DNA of 13,376 nt from a virus. Lineage: Duplodnaviria > Heunggongvirae > Uroviricota > Caudoviricetes. Both the position numbers and the translations under genes were made by a program. A model generated the notes under the pieces. The model was not told the origin of the DNA. It searched no databases and worked only from the letters and a program-made list of their open reading frames with translations. Positions 7,919 through 13,376 of this stretch are shown here, piece after piece (position 1 is the first letter of the stretch; the number at the start of each line of letters is the position of its first letter). The stretch lies in the IMG/VR virus record IMGVR_UViG_2923344815_000005; one strand, written 5' to 3'.

Positions 7919-8302
7919 TTAATTAGAGTTATTAACAACGATATCCATCTCTAACCGGATATCTAATGCCATTAACATCCCTTCAATTATGCCCTCAGCC
8001 TTCTGTAACCTTTTCCCGATATAACCATCAGAGCAGCAATGCTTACCTGCCAGTGACATGAATGTCATACCGACTACATAATAATCTACTAATAAATCGT
8101 GCAAATCGCTGTTGTTCTTTTTCAGACGGGCCATGCACCCGCAAATGATCATCGCGTCATCGTCACAACATTGCGGGCGAGATTTTACTTTTGAAGTAAT
8201 TAATCCCTTAAAACCGGCGGCAATGGACGACCAGGTCACATCTTCATGATTATTAGCCGCCCACGCTCCCCAACGCTCAAGAACCATCTGAATATCACGC
8301 AT
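7919..8302 (-). CDS. quuD: Late-gene antiterminator Q-like protein
   Basis: Cys-rich protein ([16 protein letters not shown] ... [11 protein letters not shown]) located between rusA/ylcG and the late/lysis region, matching the DLP12 gene order. Start chosen at Met 6 of track ORF 7919..8317; either start is possible. Confidence 0.7.
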   Translation of the reverse strand: MRDIQMVLERWGAWAANNHEDVTWSSIAAGFKGLITSKVKSRPQCCDDDAMIICGCMARLKKNNSDLHDLLVDYYVVGMTFMSLAGKHCCSDGYIGKRLQKAEGIIEGMLMALDIRLEMDIVVNNSN

Positions 8303-8387
8303 CAACTTACTCCACAAAAATCAGACCAGAACGCCAATTACAAGCAAAAATCAATAAAACAGTATTAGTTGATTGTTATCTCTGACT

Positions 8388-8528
8388 TCATACTCCTGCT
8401 CCTGTCAGGGTTTTGGCGTAATTCCTCAGTATTCGGTAATCGGTCAAAACAGAACTGGGGAAACGATATAAGCGCAGGCGCATCCAGCGGTGGCGAAGAA
8501 GTTCTGCCATATTAAACTCAAACATCAT
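8388..8528 (-). CDS. ylcG: Small protein (46 aa) coupled to rusA, at the ylcG position
   Basis: Not in the ORF track (under 60 aa). Reverse-strand reading gives [46 protein letters not shown]; its ATG overlaps the rusA stop (ATGA). Confidence 0.5.
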   Translation of the reverse strand: MMFEFNMAELLRHRWMRLRLYRFPSSVLTDYRILRNYAKTLTGAGV

Positions 8529-8887
8529 TCATTCCCCATTTCGGTGATGGTCAGTTCCAGCCTCCCACCTTTGGTAACAGGCATCTTCACAACGCGGTAA
8601 TCAACGACCTGAGCATCATCCAGCCAGAAACCTGCTTTAGTGAGTGCGTCAAAAGCGGCTTTTTGCAGATTATCCAGGTCACGGCGACGGCGATCCGGCA
8701 TGTGGCACTCAATGCGGATTTTCACAGGGATAGCCAGGCCGATATCCAGCATTGCGTTTTTAATGATTCTGGCGACGTTATCGCGGTATGCCTGCCCCTC
8801 TGCGCTGACGTGCGTGCGCCCGCGATTATGGCGGTAATAGCGATTATTGCTCGGAGGCCAGGGTAATGTGATGCTGTAGGTATTCAC
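8525..8887 (-). CDS. rusA: RusA Holliday-junction resolvase (120 aa)
   Basis: Translation matches RusA as recalled ([37 protein letters not shown]...). The start codon read from the sequence is GTG, with no well-spaced RBS. Confidence 0.9.
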   Translation of the reverse strand: MNTYSITLPWPPSNNRYYRHNRGRTHVSAEGQAYRDNVARIIKNAMLDIGLAIPVKIRIECHMPDRRRRDLDNLQKAAFDALTKAGFWLDDAQVVDYRVVKMPVTKGGRLELTITEMGNE

Positions 8888-8956
8888 GCCTTAATAATCC
8901 CCTCTTTCAGCCACATAACCTGTGTTTTCGCCATACCTTCCAACTGAGGTGTAAAA

Positions 8957-9235
8957 ATGTTCAGAATCATTTTGCCTAACACCTGGTACGTCGACCACCA
9001 CGGCACTCCCTGCAAAATCCTGCGTTCTACCCACAACAAAGTTCACTACATCCGAAAAGGCAGAACATGTATCGCCAGCATGTTCCGCTTTAATCATGAC
9101 TTTGAACCTGTGAATAAAGCTGATGCAGATCGGATAGCAGAAGAGATCGAAACGGCAGAACACATTAAGAAGTTACGTGACATGCGTTCAAAAAGCAGAG
9201 GTAACCATGGAATCATACAGCCTCACACTCGATGA
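8957..9235 (+). CDS. Hypothetical protein (92 aa) immediately upstream of xis/int
   Basis: ORF track. Strong RBS TGAGGTG about 7 nt before the ATG; same direction as xis and int and overlapping the xis start. Overlaps antisense ORF 8891..9163, so only one of the two can be real. Confidence 0.4.
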   Translation: MFRIILPNTWYVDHHGTPCKILRSTHNKVHYIRKGRTCIASMFRFNHDFEPVNKADADRIAEEIETAEHIKKLRDMRSKSRGNHGIIQPHTR

Positions 9236-9578
9236 GGCCTGTCAGTTTCTTAAGATATCCAGACCAACCGCCACCAACTGGATACGAACAGGCCGCCTAC
9301 AGGCAACACGTAAAGATCCAACCAAGCCAAAATCTCCTTACCTCACAACACGGCAAGCCTGCATTGCGGCGCTTCAGTCTCCGCTGCATACTGTCCAGGT
9401 GAGCGCGGGTGATGGCATAACAGAGGAAAGAAAATGTCACTCTTCCGCAGAAATGAAATATGGTATGCCTCGTATTCGCTCCCGGGCGGGAAACGAATTA
9501 AGGAATCTCTTGGCACAAAGGACAAGCGGCAAGCTCAGGAGTTGCACGACAAGCGAAAAGCAGAACTCTGGCGAGTAG
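9207..9578 (+). CDS. xisD: Excisionase-like helix-turn-helix protein (xis candidate), unusually long and overlapping the int start
   Basis: From the Met at 9207 (RBS GAGGT upstream): [35 protein letters not shown], an HTH typical of excisionase/AlpA-type proteins. The frame stays open about 145 nt into int; the true C-terminus is uncertain and it may be a degraded gene. Confidence 0.5.
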   Translation: MESYSLTLDEACQFLKISRPTATNWIRTGRLQATRKDPTKPKSPYLTTRQACIAALQSPLHTVQVSAGDGITEERKCHSSAEMKYGMPRIRSRAGNELRNLLAQRTSGKLRSCTTSEKQNSGE

Positions 9579-10597
9579 AAAAGCTAGGGGATTTACCTGA
9601 TGTCACTTTTGAAGAGGCCTGCCTAAGATGGCTTGAGGAAAAAGCTGATAAAAAATCTCTCGATTCAGATAAAAGCCGGATTGAGTTCTGGCTTGAACAT
9701 TTTGAGGGTATAAGGCTTAAAGATATCTCGGAGGCAAAGATTTACTCTGCTGTAAGCAGAATGCATAACAGAAAGACGAAAGAAATATGGAAACAGAAAG
9801 TTCAGGCCGCCATCAGGAAAGGTAAAGAACCGCCTGTTTATGAACCAAAGCCAGTATCAACTCAGACAAAGGCAAAGCATCTTGCCATGATAAAGGCCAT
9901 TCTCCGTGCTGCAGAACGCGACTGGAAGTGGCTGGAAAAAGCGCCTGTCATCAAGATACCAGCGGTCAGAAACAAGCGAGTCAGATGGCTGGAAAAGGAG
10001 GAAGCAAAACGCCTTATTGATGAGTGCCCCGAACCACTGAAATCTGTCGTCAAGTTTGCGCTGGCAACTGGTCTGAGAAAGTCGAACATCATAAATCTGG
10101 AATGGCAACAAATCGACATGCAGCGACGAGTTGCCTGGGTGAATCCAGAAGAGAGCAAATCAAACCGCGCCATTGGTGTGGCGCTGAACGATACCGCCTG
10201 TAAAGTGTTGCGTGATCAAATAGGCAAGCATCACAAATGGGTGTTTGTACATACCAAGGCGGCTAAGCGAGCAGATGGAACATCAACGCCTGCGGTCAGG
10301 AAGATGCGCATCGACAGCAAGACATCATGGCTATCAGCTTGTCGTCGTGCAGGAATTGAAGATTTCCGTTTCCATGACCTCAGACACACCTGGGCAAGCT
10401 GGCTGATTCAGTCAGGCGTCCCATTATCAGTGCTTCAGGAAATGGGCGGATGGGAGTCCATAGAAATGGTTCGTAGGTATGCTCACCTTGCGCCTAATCA
10501 TTTGACAGAGCATGCGAGGAAAATAGACGACATTTTTGGTGATAATGTCCCAAATATGTCCCACTCTGGAATTATGGAGGATATAAAGAAGGCGTAA
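9434..10597 (+). CDS. intD: Tyrosine integrase (387 aa) adjacent to tRNA-Arg
   Basis: N-terminus [34 protein letters not shown] typical of P4/P21-type integrases; C-terminal catalytic motifs (HDLRHTWAS ... RRYAHL with the active-site Tyr). Stop is about 15 bp from the tRNA 3' end. Confidence 0.9.
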   Translation: MSLFRRNEIWYASYSLPGGKRIKESLGTKDKRQAQELHDKRKAELWRVEKLGDLPDVTFEEACLRWLEEKADKKSLDSDKSRIEFWLEHFEGIRLKDISEAKIYSAVSRMHNRKTKEIWKQKVQAAIRKGKEPPVYEPKPVSTQTKAKHLAMIKAILRAAERDWKWLEKAPVIKIPAVRNKRVRWLEKEEAKRLIDECPEPLKSVVKFALATGLRKSNIINLEWQQIDMQRRVAWVNPEESKSNRAIGVALNDTACKVLRDQIGKHHKWVFVHTKAAKRADGTSTPAVRKMRIDSKTSWLSACRRAGIEDFRFHDLRHTWASWLIQSGVPLSVLQEMGGWESIEMVRRYAHLAPNHLTEHARKIDDIFGDNVPNMSHSGIMEDIKKA

Positions 10598-10612
10598 CTG
10601 ATTGAATTGTAA

Positions 10613-10689
10613 TGGCGCGCCCTGCAGGATTCGAACCTGCGGCCCACGACTTAGAAGGTCGTTGCTCTATCCAACTGAGCTAAGGGCGC
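10613..10689 (-). tRNA. argU: tRNA-Arg (anticodon UCU), argU-like; integration target of the prophage
   Basis: Reverse complement reads GCGCCCTTAGCTCAGTTGGATAGAGCAACGACCTTCTAAGTCGTGGGCCGCAGGTTCGAATCCTGCAGGGCGCGCCA: 77 nt, cloverleaf-compatible, anticodon loop CUUCUAA, T-loop GGTTCGAATCC, terminal CCA. Confidence 0.9.
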
Positions 10690-10931
10690 GTTGATACCGC
10701 AATGCGGTGTAATCGCGTGAATTATACGGTCAACCCTTGCTGAGTCAATGGCTTTTGATCTGGTTGCTGAACAAGTGAACGACCGCGTCTGATTTTCTGA
10801 TTTATTTCGCTATAGTGGCAAACAAACGCACACCGCTGCGCGTCTGAATCAAGAAAACCCGTATTTTCATGTATCAAAGTACAATTTATCGCCCTAACGG
10901 AAAATTGTCCGCTCCTATGAGACTGGTAACT

Positions 10932-11329
10932 ATGAAACCAACGTCGGTGATCATTATGGATACTCATCCTATCATCAGAATGTCTATTGAAGTTCTGTTG
11001 CAAAAAAACAGTGAATTGCAGATTGTCCTGAAAACGGATGATTACCGCATAACCATCGATTATCTCCGAACCCGTCCTGTTGATTTAATCATTATGGATA
11101 TAGACTTACCCGGAACAGACGGTTTTACCTTCCTGAAAAGGATCAAACAAATCCAGAGCACAGTGAAAGTGTTATTTTTATCATCGAAATCAGAATGCTT
11201 TTATGCTGGCAGAGCGATACAAGCTGGTGCTAACGGTTTTGTCAGTAAATGCAATGATCAGAATGATATTTTTCATGCCGTTCAGATGATCCTCTCCGGA
11301 TACACGTTTTTTCCTAGCGAAACGCTTAA
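10932..11329 (+). pseudogene. fimZ: fimZ-like response regulator, receiver domain only, truncated by IS5
   Basis: MKPTSVIIMDTHPIIRMSIEVLLQKN...DLIIMDIDLPGTDGF matches the FimZ receiver domain as recalled. The ORF runs into IS5 at 11330; the track ORF tail (KEGANKRGN...) is IS5-encoded. No room for a LuxR-type HTH domain remains downstream. Confidence 0.8.
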
Positions 11330-12524
<1,195 letters not shown>

Positions 12525-12678
12525 TTAGATGAATACTTCCGCGCATAATATATTCAACACAAATATAGACCTGAAGCGGTAAATTACCAGGCTGAAAATT
12601 CTTTTTATATTGTCAGGTATTTCGGTGATGCTGCCAACTTACTGATTTAGTGTATGATGGTGTTTTTGAGGTGCTCCA

Positions 12679-12954
12679 GTGGCTTCTGTTTCTATCAGCT
12701 GTCCCTCCTGTTCAGCTACTGACGGGGTGGTGCGTAACGGCAAAAGCACTGCCGGACATCAGCGCTATCTCTGCTCTCACTGCCGTAAAACATGGCAACT
12801 GCAGTTCACTTACACCGCTTCTCAACCCGGTACGCACCAGAAAATCATTGATATGGCCATGAATGGCGTTGGATGCCGGGCAACCGCCCGCATTATGGGC
12901 GTTGGCCTCAACACGATTTTCCGCCATTTAAAAAACTCAGGCCGCAGTCGGTAA
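12679..12954 (+). CDS. insA: IS1 InsA (transposition inhibitor / N-terminal part of the transposase)
   Basis: GTG start; zinc-finger-like CPSC...CSHC and an HTH; matches IS1 InsA as recalled. Confidence 0.9.
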   Translation: MASVSISCPSCSATDGVVRNGKSTAGHQRYLCSHCRKTWQLQFTYTASQPGTHQKIIDMAMNGVGCRATARIMGVGLNTIFRHLKNSGRSR

Positions 12955-13376
12955 CCTCGCGCATACAGCCGGGCAGTGACGTCATCGTCTGCGCGGAAAT
13001 GGACGAACAGTGGGGATACGTCGGGGCTAAATCGCGCCAGCGCTGGCTGTTTTACGCGTATGACAGGCTCCGGAAGACGGTTGTTGCGCACGTATTCGGT
13101 GAACGCACTATGGCGACGCTGGGGCGTCTTATGAGCCTGCTGTCACCCTTTGACGTGGTGATATGGATGACGGATGGCTGGCCGCTGTATGAATCCCGCC
13201 TGAAGGGAAAGCTGCACGCAATCAGCAAGCGATATACGCAGCGAATTGAGCGGCATAACCTGAATCTGAGGCAGCACCTGGCACGGCTGGGACGGAAGTC
13301 GCTGTCGTTCTCAAAATCGGTGGAGCTGCATGACAAAGTCATCGGGCATTATCTGAACATAAAACACTATCAATAA
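12873..13376 (+). CDS. insB: IS1 insB reading frame (expressed as the InsAB' fusion by -1 frameshifting)
   Basis: 167-aa ORF ending at the last base of the window; matches IS1 InsB as recalled and overlaps insA in the -1 frame. Confidence 0.85.
   Translation: MPGNRPHYGRWPQHDFPPFKKLRPQSVTSRIQPGSDVIVCAEMDEQWGYVGAKSRQRWLFYAYDRLRKTVVAHVFGERTMATLGRLMSLLSPFDVVIWMTDGWPLYESRLKGKLHAISKRYTQRIERHNLNLRQHLARLGRKSLSFSKSVELHDKVIGHYLNIKHYQ
12930..12936 (+). other. IS1 programmed -1 ribosomal frameshift site (A6C motif)
   Basis: AAAAAAC at about 12930-12936 (context TTTAAAAAACTC) in the insA/insB overlap; this is the established IS1 slippery motif. Confidence 0.7.

Larger units (their letters stand above)
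12624..13376 (+). mobile_element. IS1, left end and both ORFs; right terminal repeat cut off by the window edge
   Basis: Begins GGTGATGCTGCCAACTTACTGAT (IS1 left inverted repeat). insA starts at element position 56 and the insB stop falls at position 753, as in canonical 768-bp IS1. Confidence 0.9.

Noticed and set aside
8640-8866. Plus-strand ORFs 8640..8837 and 8663..8866 inside rusA
   Set aside because: Antisense to a full-length RusA match.
8891-9163. Minus-strand 90-aa ORF ending 3 nt before rusA
   Set aside because: Not called as a feature: it overlaps the plus-strand 92-aa ORF, which has a strong RBS, and its own N-terminus is odd (CYPICISFIHRF). It could still be the ancestral upstream gene remnant, so it is kept in the junction finding.
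9343-10173. Minus-strand ORFs 9343..9525, 9857..10111 and 9862..10173 within xis/int
   Set aside because: Antisense to the integrase, which has clear catalytic motifs.
10722-11003. Minus-strand 93-aa ORF across the argU-fimZ intergenic region and the fimZ start
   Set aside because: His/Arg-rich translation with no RBS; overlaps the fimZ receiver-domain start.
12650-13342. ORFs 12650..12862 (+), 12712..12927 (-), 12822..13091 (-) and 13052..13342 (-) inside IS1
   Set aside because: Overlap or are antisense to insA/insB; known IS1 coding capacity is insA plus the frameshifted insB'.

Overview
This window reads as the chromosomal argU (tRNA-Arg) locus carrying a heavily deleted lambdoid, DLP12-like prophage remnant, bounded on the right by a truncated fimZ, a complete IS5 and a partial IS1. 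All identifications are from reading the sequence and from recalled lambda / phage 21 / E. coli K-12 protein sequences; no database search was run. From right to left the prophage retains intD and an xis-like gene beside argU (minus strand), then rusA, ylcG and a Q-like antiterminator, a convergent intact OmpC-family porin gene (nmpC-like), a complete phage-21-type lysis cassette (pinholin, SAR endolysin, Rz with embedded Rz1), bor, a small ribbon-helix-helix gene, a lambda-like cos site, an intact nu1 and a terminase A fragment cut off after about 68 codons. Fused to that fragment, and the best candidate for something undescribed, is a tightly packed minus-strand four-gene module (676-2916): a LamG-like fibre fragment, a small acidic protein, a coiled-coil protein with an S74-type chaperone-like C-terminus, and a small two-helix membrane protein. 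I could not assign a function to it. The first 675 bp are AT-rich with no ORF of 60 aa or more. Manually derived coordinates (hairpins, cos sub-sites, IS ends, tRNA) may be off by 1-2 bp.
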